In this document: piece after piece, positions 39,534 through 49,310 of the stretch | How the letters are laid out: every line of letters starts with the position of its first letter | Position numbering within the stretch: position 1 is the first letter of the stretch | Source of the DNA: Acidobacteriota bacterium | GTDB lineage: Bacteria; Acidobacteriota; UBA6911; RPQK01; JAJDTT01 | Direction of reading: 5' to 3' | Length of the DNA stretch: 64,000 nucleotides | Assembly (NCBI GenBank): GCA_965209055.1 | Contig: OZ242374.1 | Location: 3,552,001-3,616,000 of the forward strand | Made by a program: the position numbers and the translations under genes | Notes under the pieces: generated by a model | What the model saw: the letters and a program-made list of their open reading frames with translations, nothing else | What the model was told of the DNA's origin: nothing | Databases searched by the model: none

Positions 39534-40703
39534 TTACGGCAGGGCCCCCACGTCGACGGTCAAGCTCCTGGGTTGGTCATCGCGGCGCTCCCGGATGCGG
39601 AGTTGGGCGCCATCGTATTCGGCAGACGCCACGCCCCGGAAGTCGTTGGGAATCCGCGCCAGAAACAGGATGTAGCTCCGGGTGTCCGTTTCTCCCGCGT
39701 CCAGGTATTCGTAGACTCCTTTGTCCAACACTTTCCCCAGTTCGAGGAGGGTCGGGAATGGTTGGTGGATTCCCGTGGTCCCGAACTCGAGCCCGCGGGC
39801 ACTCACCTTCCCCTGGTGCCGGTAACGCCACATGTTCAGCCATGGATACTCGGAGATCTTCCAGAGATAACCCATCAGAAGACCGGCCGAAGGCGTCGCG
39901 GCCGTCACCCATCCATACTCGACTTCGGGGTCGAAGATGAACGCGGTGACGTCGTGTCCCGAGGAGCCGTCGTCGGTGCTGTTGAAGAAACGAAGGTTCG
40001 CCGGCGTTCCCCCAATGGAGATCCGGGGCCACCGGTCGGCGTCGTCGGTCGACTGGGGCACCGGTTCCTCCTGGACCAGCCCGTGGGAGGCGTTGCAGTC
40101 CACGATGGTGGTGTCGTCCAGGAAGGGAGGAGCGATGCTGGGGTGCTGCACCAGGTTGTAGACGCGTCCCGCCGCCCGGACGTTGGTGACAGCTTCAGTC
40201 ACCGTGAGGGACGCCTCATTCTCCTGGAGCCGGACGGTTCGCTTCACCTCCATCCCCGCCAGGGGGAGTTCGCATCCCATCCTGAGCTCGCTGTCCGCGG
40301 CTTCGCCGGCGCCCGGGTCGAGCCGTTCCCAGACCACCCGGGGAGCTTCTCCGTGGTAGGGCATCCCCATCTTCTCCTCGGCTGAAGACGGGGCGCCCCA
40401 GCGGTCGAAGCAGATGAAGTGCCCCTGGAGGTTGGGTCCGTCCGGACTCAGCGGTTCGATGTCCTCCGTGGCTCGCCAACTCAGCGGGTTGACGCCGTGG
40501 TCCAGATAGTGGAAATCAATAATGCCCCCTCCCCAGCGGTCGAGCGTGACCTGGGAGAGTCCATTCTTCAGGACCAACGAGCGGGGTGTGGGCGACGGTT
40601 TCTCCTGGGGAGGCGTACAACTGGCCATTCCGGCCACAAACGACAAGGCCAGTCCCAGCCATAGGGGGTCCAAGAATTCCAGAGTCTTCAAGATCATGAT
40701 CAT
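39534..40703 (-). CDS. Lipoprotein, probable galactose-mutarotase-like fold
   Basis: Lipobox MASC; GHFICFDRWG, PYHGE, VQHPSI, RGLEFGTTG. Confidence 0.6.
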   Translation of the reverse strand: MIMILKTLEFLDPLWLGLALSFVAGMASCTPPQEKPSPTPRSLVLKNGLSQVTLDRWGGGIIDFHYLDHGVNPLSWRATEDIEPLSPDGPNLQGHFICFDRWGAPSSAEEKMGMPYHGEAPRVVWERLDPGAGEAADSELRMGCELPLAGMEVKRTVRLQENEASLTVTEAVTNVRAAGRVYNLVQHPSIAPPFLDDTTIVDCNASHGLVQEEPVPQSTDDADRWPRISIGGTPANLRFFNSTDDGSSGHDVTAFIFDPEVEYGWVTAATPSAGLLMGYLWKISEYPWLNMWRYRHQGKVSARGLEFGTTGIHQPFPTLLELGKVLDKGVYEYLDAGETDTRSYILFLARIPNDFRGVASAEYDGAQLRIRERRDDQPRSLTVDVGALP

Positions 40704-40741
40704 GCTCTCCTGGCAGCAGCCTGCGGCCACAAGGGCCGCGA

Positions 40742-41779
40742 TTACAATTCGTTCTGCTCCTTCCAATGCGCCAACCGGCTCACCAGTTGACGCCGCGTCG
40801 CCGTGCCGGTGACGGACAGTTGCCGGATCGTGACGGAAGCCGCCAGATTGCCCACCAGGGCGGCTTCGGGGAGGCTCGCCCGGCTGCACAATGCCAGCAC
40901 CGCGCCGGCGGTGAAGCTGTCGCCGGCGCCCGTCACGTCCAGGGGACCCTCCACCCGGACGGCCGGCACCCGGGTTATCTCAGGATCGGTCACCAGTGCT
41001 CCCGCGTCGCCCATGGTCACACAAACGGGTGCGCCGTTCTGGGACCGGAGCCGAGTCAGGACCTGTCGAATGGAATCGATCGGGACCTTCTCCCCGGGTC
41101 CGGGACTGGAACTCCTCACCACCTCGAACTGGTTCGGCTTCAGAATCATGCGGCGGAAGTGGTGGATTTGAGCCCGGCTGTCCGCCCAGAAGATGACTCG
41201 GGGGTGACGGAGTGCCAGATTCGTCAAGCCGTCGCGAACCTCCGCAGTCACGACGCCCAGGTCCGGTTGTTCCACCTGATCCTCGATGATGACGGCATCG
41301 ACACGATCCAGCAGGCCTTCAAGATCGGCCAACATCTCCTGGAGGAGATCCGGCGGGATGGGGTCGCGGTTGCGGATGTCATACCGCTCGTGTTCGCCGG
41401 ATAGTTCTTTCCGGGACAGGTCTCTCGGTTTCAAGTAGGTGGGCGTCAGCATTGCCTTCCGGCGCCGCAATCCCCGGGTCGTGCAGCCGATGCGGTCCAG
41501 GCACTTCCGCAACTCGAATCCCTGGCCGTCATCCCCGGTGACTCCCAGGGCATGGATCCGGCCGCAGTCCAGCGAGGCCAGGTTGTTCGCCACCGTTCCG
41601 GCGGCGCCGGGACTGGAGCGAACGGCGGCAACCTGGTGGGCACTCTTTCCAGTCTCCAGGCTTCTCTCCTCCAGGTCCGGATCGACCTCCAGGTACTGGT
41701 CCAGAAAGAAATCTCCCAAGACGGCGACCCGGCACGAGGGGAACCGGCCGGTCAGTTCTTCCAGTCGGGATCTTTTCAT
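40742..41779 (-). CDS. PfkB-family sugar kinase, HldE/RfaE kinase-like
   Basis: VLGDFFLDQY, PGAAGTVANNL, KPNQFE, DVTGAGDSF; ATG overlaps upstream stop (ATGA). Confidence 0.85.
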   Translation of the reverse strand: MKRSRLEELTGRFPSCRVAVLGDFFLDQYLEVDPDLEERSLETGKSAHQVAAVRSSPGAAGTVANNLASLDCGRIHALGVTGDDGQGFELRKCLDRIGCTTRGLRRRKAMLTPTYLKPRDLSRKELSGEHERYDIRNRDPIPPDLLQEMLADLEGLLDRVDAVIIEDQVEQPDLGVVTAEVRDGLTNLALRHPRVIFWADSRAQIHHFRRMILKPNQFEVVRSSSPGPGEKVPIDSIRQVLTRLRSQNGAPVCVTMGDAGALVTDPEITRVPAVRVEGPLDVTGAGDSFTAGAVLALCSRASLPEAALVGNLAASVTIRQLSVTGTATRRQLVSRLAHWKEQNEL

Positions 41780-42780
41780 GATTCCGGTGAAGGATCGTTT
41801 ACTGGGAGCTTCGCTGCCTGAATCCGGCCGAGGACCAGATCGTAGAGGGCCGGGACCGTCGCCGCGTGGTTCCCCTGGACGTAGAAGCTCTCCCCGCCGT
41901 CGGCCACGGTTCGTACCAGGATGGTCTTGAAAGGCCTGAAGTAATACCTGGGGTCCGACTTGCCGGCCTCCCGGGAGGTGTCCCCCAGGGGAACCAGGTC
42001 GAAGACGGCCGTGGTGAAACGGGCGATGCGCCGGCCTTCCGGGTGAGCCACGTTGCGGGCCATGGCCAGGGCCTTCAGGTAGATCTCGGGTCCCATGACG
42101 GCCGATCCGATATTGAGAAAGACTCCACCTTCGAGGCGGGTCACCGACTCGGTGAAGATCAGGAAGTCGGTGTAGGAGGCCGCCCCGGTTGCGGCTCCGT
42201 CGAATCCCGGGTGCTGGTGGATGATGTCCTGGCCGATGGAGACGTGGACCGTAGCCGGGATCTGCAGCCGGTAGGCCGCGGCCAGGACGCTCTCCTGCCG
42301 GTAGGGGAAGGACTCCTCCTGGATCATCCGGCCCACCGCCTCCCCCAGGCCGATCCCGTCCCGAGCCGCGGCTGACGCCGCCTCGTTGATCCGCCCGGTC
42401 TCGCGCCAGAGACCGAACTGCCCTTCGGCCACGTAGCGGGCCACGCTCTCGCAGGTCTCCCCCACCAGCGCCAGTTCGAAATCGTGAATGGCGCCGGCGC
42501 CGTTGAGGGCCAGGTGGCCCAGGATTCCCCGCTCCATGAGATCGATGAGCAGCGGGGCGTTGCCCTCCCGCAGGACATGCGCGCCGCAGGCGAAAATGAC
42601 GGATCGGTCCGTCCGAGAGGCTTCCACGATCCGCTTGGCCAGCAGGGGCAGCGCCGGATGCTCGAAAGGTTCTCGACTTCCCTCCGGCTTCTTCGACACG
42701 TCCGCCGCCTTCAGGTCGTGGGTCCGCCGGCTCAGGGGCAGAAGGCGCAGGCGGCTGCGGTCGAATTGAGGGAAGGGCAT
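41776..42780 (-). CDS. Deoxyhypusine-synthase-like fold hypothetical protein
   Basis: GAHVLREG, ALNGAGAIHDFELAL, PATVHVSIGQDIIH, NIGSAVMGPEIYLKAL. Confidence 0.65.
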   Translation of the reverse strand: MPFPQFDRSRLRLLPLSRRTHDLKAADVSKKPEGSREPFEHPALPLLAKRIVEASRTDRSVIFACGAHVLREGNAPLLIDLMERGILGHLALNGAGAIHDFELALVGETCESVARYVAEGQFGLWRETGRINEAASAAARDGIGLGEAVGRMIQEESFPYRQESVLAAAYRLQIPATVHVSIGQDIIHQHPGFDGAATGAASYTDFLIFTESVTRLEGGVFLNIGSAVMGPEIYLKALAMARNVAHPEGRRIARFTTAVFDLVPLGDTSREAGKSDPRYYFRPFKTILVRTVADGGESFYVQGNHAATVPALYDLVLGRIQAAKLPVNDPSPES

Positions 42781-43638
42781 TCACGTTCGCTGGAACAGGC
42801 AGCGGATGAGGACCTTCCAGTCCCGGAAGTCGGGCACCAACAGGTCGGCGCCCGCCGCGCTCAACCGTGTTCGTTTCCAGGGGTCGGGAGCCCCGCCCGG
42901 ATTGGCTTCGTCAGTGGCCAGCGCAACGGCGACGCCGCCGCACGACTTTACGTTTTCGATCTCCACGTAACCGTCGCCGAAGCCCACCAACGAGGCGCCT
43001 TCGATCCGGTTTTCCCGGAGGATTCGTTGGATGACCATTCGCTTGGAGTGGTTCGCGTAGTCTTCCCGGGCGCCGTAGATGTGGCCATCGAAAAATCCGT
43101 CCAGCTCCAGGAGACGGGCTTCTTCCCGGACGTACTGCTCATCGGTGCCGCTGGCCAGGTAGAGCTGGACTCCATGCTCCCGGAGGGCGCGCAGCATCTG
43201 AACCGATCCCGGAACCAGGTAGTCGGCGGGGTGGGCCTCGCCGGTGCGCAGGCGCCGGCGCCGGTGACGGATCTTCTCCATCAGAAGGTCCAGGTAACGG
43301 CTCTTGTAGTCCTGAGGATCGGCAGGTGCGCCCCCCCTTTTCCCCAGCTCCTCCGCCAGCCGGATCATCTGGTAAATGGTCTGGCGTCCCGTCAGCTCGG
43401 TGACGAAGTCGGTCACCACACTTTCCAGCTCCTCATCGCTTTCGCCGGTGCCGCTCTCCTTCAGGATGTCCACCATCATGGGGATCATGATCTGGGGCCA
43501 ACCTTCGCGGATCAGGCTGAGCGTGCCGTCGAAGTCGAAGAGGGCGCAACGGGGGGGCCGGGTCCGGGACACGTCCCGGAACACCTCGACGGTGGAGGCG
43601 TCCAGAAAACCCGGTGTCGCAGGAGTCGTCAGCGCCAT
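42781..43638 (-). CDS. HAD-superfamily phosphatase
   Basis: FDFDGT motif I, ASGT motif II, K, FGDGYVE motif IV. Confidence 0.88.
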   Translation of the reverse strand: MALTTPATPGFLDASTVEVFRDVSRTRPPRCALFDFDGTLSLIREGWPQIMIPMMVDILKESGTGESDEELESVVTDFVTELTGRQTIYQMIRLAEELGKRGGAPADPQDYKSRYLDLLMEKIRHRRRRLRTGEAHPADYLVPGSVQMLRALREHGVQLYLASGTDEQYVREEARLLELDGFFDGHIYGAREDYANHSKRMVIQRILRENRIEGASLVGFGDGYVEIENVKSCGGVAVALATDEANPGGAPDPWKRTRLSAAGADLLVPDFRDWKVLIRCLFQRT

Positions 43639-43787
43639 AATGAAGAAAAGGATACCGTCAAAGACCAGCGGATGCGAACTTGGCAACCGCTGATTTCGAC
43701 CTGGAAGGGGACGAGCGAAACCGCTGTCTGGCAGCGGTTGGCGGAGCCCTTGTGAGGCGCCTCCGACTGGGCTATGGTGATCCGGCG

Positions 43788-44285
43788 ATGGGTCGAAAGA
43801 CGGACGAAGACCGGAGCTGGCGGGGTAAGGTCGGGAAGCTGTCCCCGGAGGAACTGGAGGAGTTCCTGTCCGGAGACCCCATTTGCCGGCTCGGTTGTCT
43901 CGACCGGGAGGGATGGCCTTATGTGGTGCCGTGCTGGTTCGAGTACAGTGACGGCGGCTTCTACATCATTCCACGAGCCCGTTCCGCCTGGGCCAGGCAC
44001 ATTCAACGGGAATCCCGGGTGTTTCTGTGCATCGACGACTCCACCCGCTACAATCGGAGGGTCCTGGTACGGGGCGAGGCCGAGGTCCTGGAAGAGCCCA
44101 ACGTCGGCGGCAGATGGGTCGAGATCGCCCGCAGAATGTCACTGCGCTATCTGGGACACCGGGGACCGGACTATCTGGTTCCGACTCTGAATGAGCCCCG
44201 GTGGCTGTTGTTCGTCCGGCCCCGAAAGCTCATGAGCTGGCAAGGGGTCGATTGGGCCAAGCGATACAAGCACGGCAAATGGTAG
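43788..44285 (+). CDS. Pyridoxamine 5'-phosphate oxidase-like (split-barrel flavin/F420-binding) protein
   Basis: CRLGCLDREGWPYVVPCWF, RVFLCID, VLVRGEAE. Confidence 0.8.
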   Translation: MGRKTDEDRSWRGKVGKLSPEELEEFLSGDPICRLGCLDREGWPYVVPCWFEYSDGGFYIIPRARSAWARHIQRESRVFLCIDDSTRYNRRVLVRGEAEVLEEPNVGGRWVEIARRMSLRYLGHRGPDYLVPTLNEPRWLLFVRPRKLMSWQGVDWAKRYKHGKW

Positions 44286-44321
44286 CGGCCGCGGGCCGCC
44301 GCCGGCCGCAACGTTTTTTTT
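44285..44321 (+). terminator. Probable intrinsic terminator
   Basis: GCGGCCG...CGGCCGC stem followed by a T run. Confidence 0.5.
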
Positions 44322-44357
44322 GGTGCTGATGTTGGATTATTTCAGGAGGGCGCTCTG

Positions 44358-44543
44358 ATGGCTGGACCCAAGGTCGAAGCAATTTATCAATTGAATCCGA
44401 ATCACGTGGACTGGCTCAAGCAGATGGCCGACAAGTACGATCTGGGAGATCAGGACAAGGCTCTGCGGGTGGTCATCGACTTCGTGCTGACCGAGGCCGA
44501 CGAATCGACGGTCTTCGAAGACATCCGCTGCCTCTACTGCTGA
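44358..44543 (+). CDS. Small hypothetical protein, RHH-like, with C-terminal CxxC
   Basis: CAGGAGG RBS; 61 aa ending IRCLYC. Confidence 0.7.
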   Translation: MAGPKVEAIYQLNPNHVDWLKQMADKYDLGDQDKALRVVIDFVLTEADESTVFEDIRCLYC

Positions 44544-44559
44544 TCAGTTTTCCGGGCTG

Positions 44560-46311
44560 CTAGCGCCGGCCGCGGCGCCGCTTCCGAGCCACCTTTTTCC
44601 GGGATTTCCGGATCTTGGCCCAAGCGTCCCGCAGGGTCACGGTGCGATTGAAGACCAGCCGCCCGGGAGACGAATCCTCCGAATCCACGCAGAAATACCC
44701 CAGCCGTTCGAACTGCACCCGCCGCCCACCCTGGGCATCGACGAGGCTGGGCTCTAATTTACAGTTCTCGAGCACCTTTAGAGAGTCGGGGTTGAGGTTC
44801 GAGATGAAGTCTGAACCGGCGCCGGCGTCGTAGGGGTTGTCCTTGGTGAACAGGCTGTCGTAAAGGCGAACCTGAGCGTTCACGGCGTGGGCGGCGGAGA
44901 CCCAGTGCAAAGTGGCTTTGACCCGTCGTCCGTCGGGCGCATCTCCTCCCCGCGTTGCCGGGTCGTAGGTGCAGCGCAACTCCACAACTCGTCCCTCGTC
45001 GTCCTTGACGACGCCGACGCAGGTGATGAAGTAGGCGTAACGCAGTCGGACCTCGCGTCCGGGGGCCAGCCGGAAGAACCTGCGGGGCGGGTCCTCCATG
45101 AAGTCCTCCCGCTCCAGGTAGAGGACTCGTGAGAAGGGGACCTTCCGGACGCCCGCCTCGGGACACTCGGGATTATTGATGGCCGTCAACTCCTCCGCCT
45201 GGCCGGGAGGATAGTTTTCGATGACCACCCGGAGCGGACGGAGCACGCCCATGACCCGGGGGGACGTCCGGTTCAGATGTTGACGGAGGCTGTGCTCCAG
45301 CATCTGCGCCTCCACGATACTGTCTTTCTTGGAGACCCCGACCTTGGCGCAGAAGTCCCGGATCGCTTCCGGCGTGTAGCCCCGGCGGCGCATCCCCGAC
45401 AGCGTCGGCATGCGGGGATCGTTCCAGCCGCTCACGTAGCCCTCCTTCACCAGCCGGGAGAGTTTTCGCTTGCTCAAGATGGTCTTGGTGATGTTGAGGC
45501 GAGCGAACTCGATCTGCTGGGAGCGGTAGATTCCCAGGTTCTCCAGAAACCAGTCGTAAAGGGGACGATGGTCTTCGAACTCCAGGGTGCAGATGGAATG
45601 AGTCACCTTCTCGAGGGAGTCGGACTGGCCGTGGGCGAAGTCATAGGTCGGGTAGATGCACCATTTGTCTCCCGTTCGGGGGTGGGAGGCATGGAGGATC
45701 CGGTACATGACCGGGTCTCGAAGGTTCAAGTTGCCTGAAGCCATGTCGATGCGGGCCCGGAGCACGTGCGTGCCGTTGGGAAACTCCCCATTCCTCATCC
45801 GTTCGAAGAGGTCCAGGTTCTCTTCCACCGTCCGATCCCGATAGGGGCTGTTGCGGCCCGGCTCGGTGAGAGTGCCCCGGAATTCCCGGATCTGGGTGGC
45901 GGTGAGGCTGTCCACATACGCCTTGCCGTCCCGAATGAGTTGACAGGCGAATTCGTAGAGCTGCTCGAAATAGTCCGAGGCGTGGTAGAGGCGGTCCCCC
46001 CAGTCGAAGCCGAGCCAGCGCACGTCTTCGAGGATGCTCACCATGTACTCCCGCTCCTCCTTCGTGGGATTGGTGTCGTCGAAGCGCATATTGCAGAGAC
46101 CCCCGTACTCTTCGGCCAATCCGAAGTCGAGGCAGATGGCCTTGGCGTGCCCGATATGGAGGTAGCCGTTGGGCTCGGGAGGAAATCGGGTCTGGACGCG
46201 GCCCTGAAAGCGCCCAGTCTTCAGGTCGTCCTCGAGAATCGCCCGGAGGAAGTCCAATGACCGGGACGGCCGGGAAGCTCCCGCCGCTTTGAGCTCCGTC
46301 TTTTTCGGCAT
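44560..46311 (-). CDS. glnS: Glutamine--tRNA ligase
   Basis: [52 protein letters not shown]. Confidence 0.97.
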   Translation of the reverse strand: MPKKTELKAAGASRPSRSLDFLRAILEDDLKTGRFQGRVQTRFPPEPNGYLHIGHAKAICLDFGLAEEYGGLCNMRFDDTNPTKEEREYMVSILEDVRWLGFDWGDRLYHASDYFEQLYEFACQLIRDGKAYVDSLTATQIREFRGTLTEPGRNSPYRDRTVEENLDLFERMRNGEFPNGTHVLRARIDMASGNLNLRDPVMYRILHASHPRTGDKWCIYPTYDFAHGQSDSLEKVTHSICTLEFEDHRPLYDWFLENLGIYRSQQIEFARLNITKTILSKRKLSRLVKEGYVSGWNDPRMPTLSGMRRRGYTPEAIRDFCAKVGVSKKDSIVEAQMLEHSLRQHLNRTSPRVMGVLRPLRVVIENYPPGQAEELTAINNPECPEAGVRKVPFSRVLYLEREDFMEDPPRRFFRLAPGREVRLRYAYFITCVGVVKDDEGRVVELRCTYDPATRGGDAPDGRRVKATLHWVSAAHAVNAQVRLYDSLFTKDNPYDAGAGSDFISNLNPDSLKVLENCKLEPSLVDAQGGRRVQFERLGYFCVDSEDSSPGRLVFNRTVTLRDAWAKIRKSRKKVARKRRRGRR

Positions 46312-46494
46312 TCGCCGATTCTAACCCGATTCGGCCAGCCATGGGCAAACGACCGGCGCCGGAGCAATCGACCCGGGGCGGCCGTTCCGGCTCGACATTT
46401 TCGCGTCGCGTTTTGCACCCGCTTGGACGTTATAGCGATTGGAGTTGTTGTCGAAAACCGGCGACTACAGAAACTTCTGGAAGGGAGGCAGACC

Positions 46495-46911
46495 ATGGAC
46501 TACAAGACGGAAGGTTGGGTATACGGCACGATGGTGTCGTGGGGCGTGATCTTCTTCATCGTGGGCGGAATGTACGGTTGCCCGAAATACAAGGTCTGGG
46601 AGCAGGGACTGGCCGGCGAGGCCAAGCTGCGGGAGTCTCAGTCCAGTCGCAAGGTGAGAGTGGAAGAGGCCAAGGCCAGGCTCGAATCGGCAAAGTTCGA
46701 AAGCCAGGCGGAGATCGAACGGGCCAAGGGAGTGGCGGAGGCCAACCGGATCATTGAGGACAGCCTCAAAGGGAACGAAGCCTACCTGAGATATCTCTGG
46801 ATTCAGGGACTCCAGGACGGCTCCAGCGAGACCATCTACATCCCCACCGAGGCGAATCTCCCGATCATGGAGGCGACACGGCGACGGGAATCGAGAAGGC
46901 CGACGGAGTAG
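46495..46911 (+). CDS. Small SPFH/band-7-related membrane protein (phage-type 'membrane protease subunit')
   Basis: One TM, PKYKVWEQGLAGEA, AEIERAKGVAEANRII, YLRYLWI, IYIPTEANLPIMEA; GGGAGG RBS. Confidence 0.7.
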   Translation: MDYKTEGWVYGTMVSWGVIFFIVGGMYGCPKYKVWEQGLAGEAKLRESQSSRKVRVEEAKARLESAKFESQAEIERAKGVAEANRIIEDSLKGNEAYLRYLWIQGLQDGSSETIYIPTEANLPIMEATRRRESRRPTE

Positions 46912-47033
46912 AGAGAGGGGACTCTCTTCCCGGCACGTTGTCCATCCATTTCGCCGGCTGCGAGCGTTGCCGGGAATCTGACGGTTGATGGGCAATGGTA
47001 TAAATGCATGAGCAGAGCGGAGGATCAGGTCCG

Positions 47034-47270
47034 ATGTCCCATAGAGTCAACATTGTTGTTCAGGATGAAGCGTGGGACGTGTTGGCAAAGCTGCCTCGCG
47101 GCGAACGCAGTCGAGCCGTCAGTGTCGCGATTCTGGAATGGGTACGGCTGCGCAAACGTTTGGACGCCGCCGCCAAGATGGATGAGTTGCGCGCCACGAT
47201 GCCACCGGTCAGCACCGACGAAGTGGTCCGTTGGCTTCGACAAGACCGGGAGCGACGGCCATCAGCGTAG
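47034..47270 (+). CDS. Putative VapB-like antitoxin
   Basis: RVNIVVQDEAW..L..LPRGERSRAV N-terminus; STDEVVRWLRQDRER C-terminus; directly upstream of a PIN gene. Confidence 0.7.
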   Translation: MSHRVNIVVQDEAWDVLAKLPRGERSRAVSVAILEWVRLRKRLDAAAKMDELRATMPPVSTDEVVRWLRQDRERRPSA

Positions 47271-47686
47271 TCGTCCCTGACGCCTAGGTGCTGCTCAAGT
47301 GGGTCCTGCCCGGCGACGATGAGCCGGGCACCGCGTCTGCATTGTCGTTGCTTGACGAAGCCCGAGCCGGTGCCATTAAGTTGGCCGTCCCGCAACTCTG
47401 GCTCTATGAAGTGGGGAATACTCTGGTCCGCCGGTTCCCCGATCAGGCCAACGATCTTCTGACTTCGCTGGTCGATTTTCAGTTGACGGAAGTGCGGCCC
47501 GACGAACGTTGGCGGGAGCAAACCGTGGAACTTGCCATTGCCTACGGCGTCACGTTTTACGATGCTGCCTACCACGCGGTTGCATTGCTTCGAGACGGGA
47601 TATTCGTCACTGCAGATGAACGCTATATACGTCGAGCATCCGGTGGCGGCAATGTCGTGCTTCTTGGCCGCTGGAGTTCCGTGTGA
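47267..47686 (+). pseudogene. VapC PIN toxin with in-frame TAG in motif I
   Basis: VVVPDA*VLLKW...YEVGN...TFYDAAYHAVA...VTAD; TAG at 47285-47287. Confidence 0.75.
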
Positions 47687-47701
47687 CGTCTCGACCAAGG
47701 A

Positions 47702-47967
47702 TCACCACGCTTCCCGCTTGGCCATTCGGCGTAGAGTACTGACGACTGAATCCGGTCGACTCACGTTGATTGCCGCGATATCCAATCGACGGGGGGATCC
47801 GGTCACGCGCCAACGTCTGAGGAATCCCTCCTTTTCCAATTCCTCAAGCCAGGGGTATAGAAGAAGGAGACGTTTGGCGTTGTATGCTTGGGCGCAGGCG
47901 AGTATCTGATAGATGTCGGATTGCCCAACATCAAGGGTCTCTTTGGATGTAAGTTCCTTCCACTTGG
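47702..47967 (-). pseudogene. C-terminal fragment of McrC-family restriction protein
   Basis: KWKEL...VGQSDIYQILACAQAYNAKRLLLLYP matches the McrC C-terminal pattern; no N-terminal part. Confidence 0.7.
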
Positions 47968-48098
47968 CGACGAAGCGGGACATCCTTGAGATCAAGGCCG
48001 AAGTGGCCGAGGAGTTCAAGACTCTCTACCGCTGGCTCTGGGTCATGGCTGCCGGCATCGTGACGCTGGTGCTCACTCTTGGCAAACTCGTTTTCTAG
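47964..48098 (+). pseudogene. C-terminal fragment of DUF1640/CCDC90-like coiled-coil membrane protein
   Basis: LATKRDILEIKAEV...LYRWLWVMAAGIVTLVLTLGKLVF. Confidence 0.55.
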
Positions 48099-48187
48099 TT
48101 TGTGAAACGAAAGGGGGAGCCCTCTCAAGGGGTGCCCCGACTTCATCCTGGTGAATGGATGTGCCATGCTGAGGGGGGAGGTTCAAC

Positions 48188-49297
48188 ATGAAGGCAGGCG
48201 CCAGCGCGGAATTGACACCAAAACAAGTTCAGACGGCGAGAACTTCGTCCTACCGATGGGACCGGTGGGGGCGGCGCTCCTTCCTGGCGGCTGCGGCGGC
48301 CTCGGTTCCCGTCCTGGGCCGGGAATATGGTCCCTCGGCGCAGCCGGTGCGCTATCCGGATCCCGACATCGTGGTGCTGGACCAACGCTTCGCCCGCTAC
48401 AAGTTGGGGAATACCCCCATCCAGCGTCTTTACACCGGAACCCTTTGGGCGGAGGGGCCCGCCTGGAGCGGGGTGGGGCGCTACCTGGTCTGGAGCGACA
48501 TTCCCAACAACCGCCAACTGCGCTGGCTGGACGAGGACGGACACGTGAGCGTCTTCCGGTCCCCCTCGGGCAACAGCAACGGGAACACGTTCGACTACCA
48601 GGGACGCCAGATCTCCTGCGAGCACGGCACCCGGAGGGTGGTCCGCTACGAGCCGGACGGCACGGCGACGGTGCTGGCCGGCGAGTGGGAAGGGAAGCCG
48701 CTCAACGCACCCAACGACGCGGTGGTGCATCCGGACGACGGCGCCATCTGGTTCACCGATCCGGGATACGGCAGCCTCATGAACTATGAGGGGCACAAGG
48801 GAACGCTCCACGTCAAGGAAGCCGTCTACCGGATCGATGCCGTGAGCGGCCGGATGGACAAGGTGACCGATGAGATCTTCAAGCCCAACGGGATCTGCTT
48901 CTCTCCAGACTACAAGAAACTCTATGTGGCCGACACCGGCGCCTCCCACTACCCGGAGGCCCCCAAGAACATCAAGGTCTGGGACATCGTCGACGGGAAA
49001 CGCCTCTCCGGCGGCCGCGAGTTCACCTCCATGGAGTTGAACGGCAAGGCGGGATTCGCAGACGGGATCCGGGCGGACGTGGACGGCAACATCTGGGCCA
49101 GCGCCGGCTGGGTCGGAGACGGCTACGACGGAGTCCACATCTTCGCGCCGGACGGAGAACGCATCGGGCAGATCCGCCTTCCCGAGATCTGCGGCAACGT
49201 CTGCTTCGGCGGCCGGAAACGGAACCGCCTCTTCATGACCGCCAGCCAATCCCTCTACGCCGTTTACGTGGAGACCCAGGGCGCCCATATCTCCTGA
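48188..49297 (+). CDS. SMP-30/gluconolactonase family protein (Tat)
   Basis: RRSFL; WAEGPAW, NSNGNTFD, NAPND, KPNGICFSPD, ADGIRADVDG. Confidence 0.92.
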   Translation: MKAGASAELTPKQVQTARTSSYRWDRWGRRSFLAAAAASVPVLGREYGPSAQPVRYPDPDIVVLDQRFARYKLGNTPIQRLYTGTLWAEGPAWSGVGRYLVWSDIPNNRQLRWLDEDGHVSVFRSPSGNSNGNTFDYQGRQISCEHGTRRVVRYEPDGTATVLAGEWEGKPLNAPNDAVVHPDDGAIWFTDPGYGSLMNYEGHKGTLHVKEAVYRIDAVSGRMDKVTDEIFKPNGICFSPDYKKLYVADTGASHYPEAPKNIKVWDIVDGKRLSGGREFTSMELNGKAGFADGIRADVDGNIWASAGWVGDGYDGVHIFAPDGERIGQIRLPEICGNVCFGGRKRNRLFMTASQSLYAVYVETQGAHIS

Positions 49298-49310
49298 CGG
49301 CCGGGACTCA

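Noticed and set aside
40742-42784. 680-aa ORF as a fusion or frameshifted gene
   Set aside because: The N-terminal half is an off-frame shadow of the DHS-like gene; the kinase starts at ATG 41779
46312-46494. tRNA or T-box at the islet edge upstream of glnS
   Set aside because: No cloverleaf/TpsiC motif or T-box consensus visible
47285-47287. Pyrrolysine or stop-codon recoding in VapC
   Set aside because: TAG serves as a normal stop for many genes here, no pyl genes are seen, and the surrounding islet is decayed
46912-48187. Integron cassette array
   Set aside because: No integrase and no convincing paired RYYYAAC/GTTRRRY attC boxes
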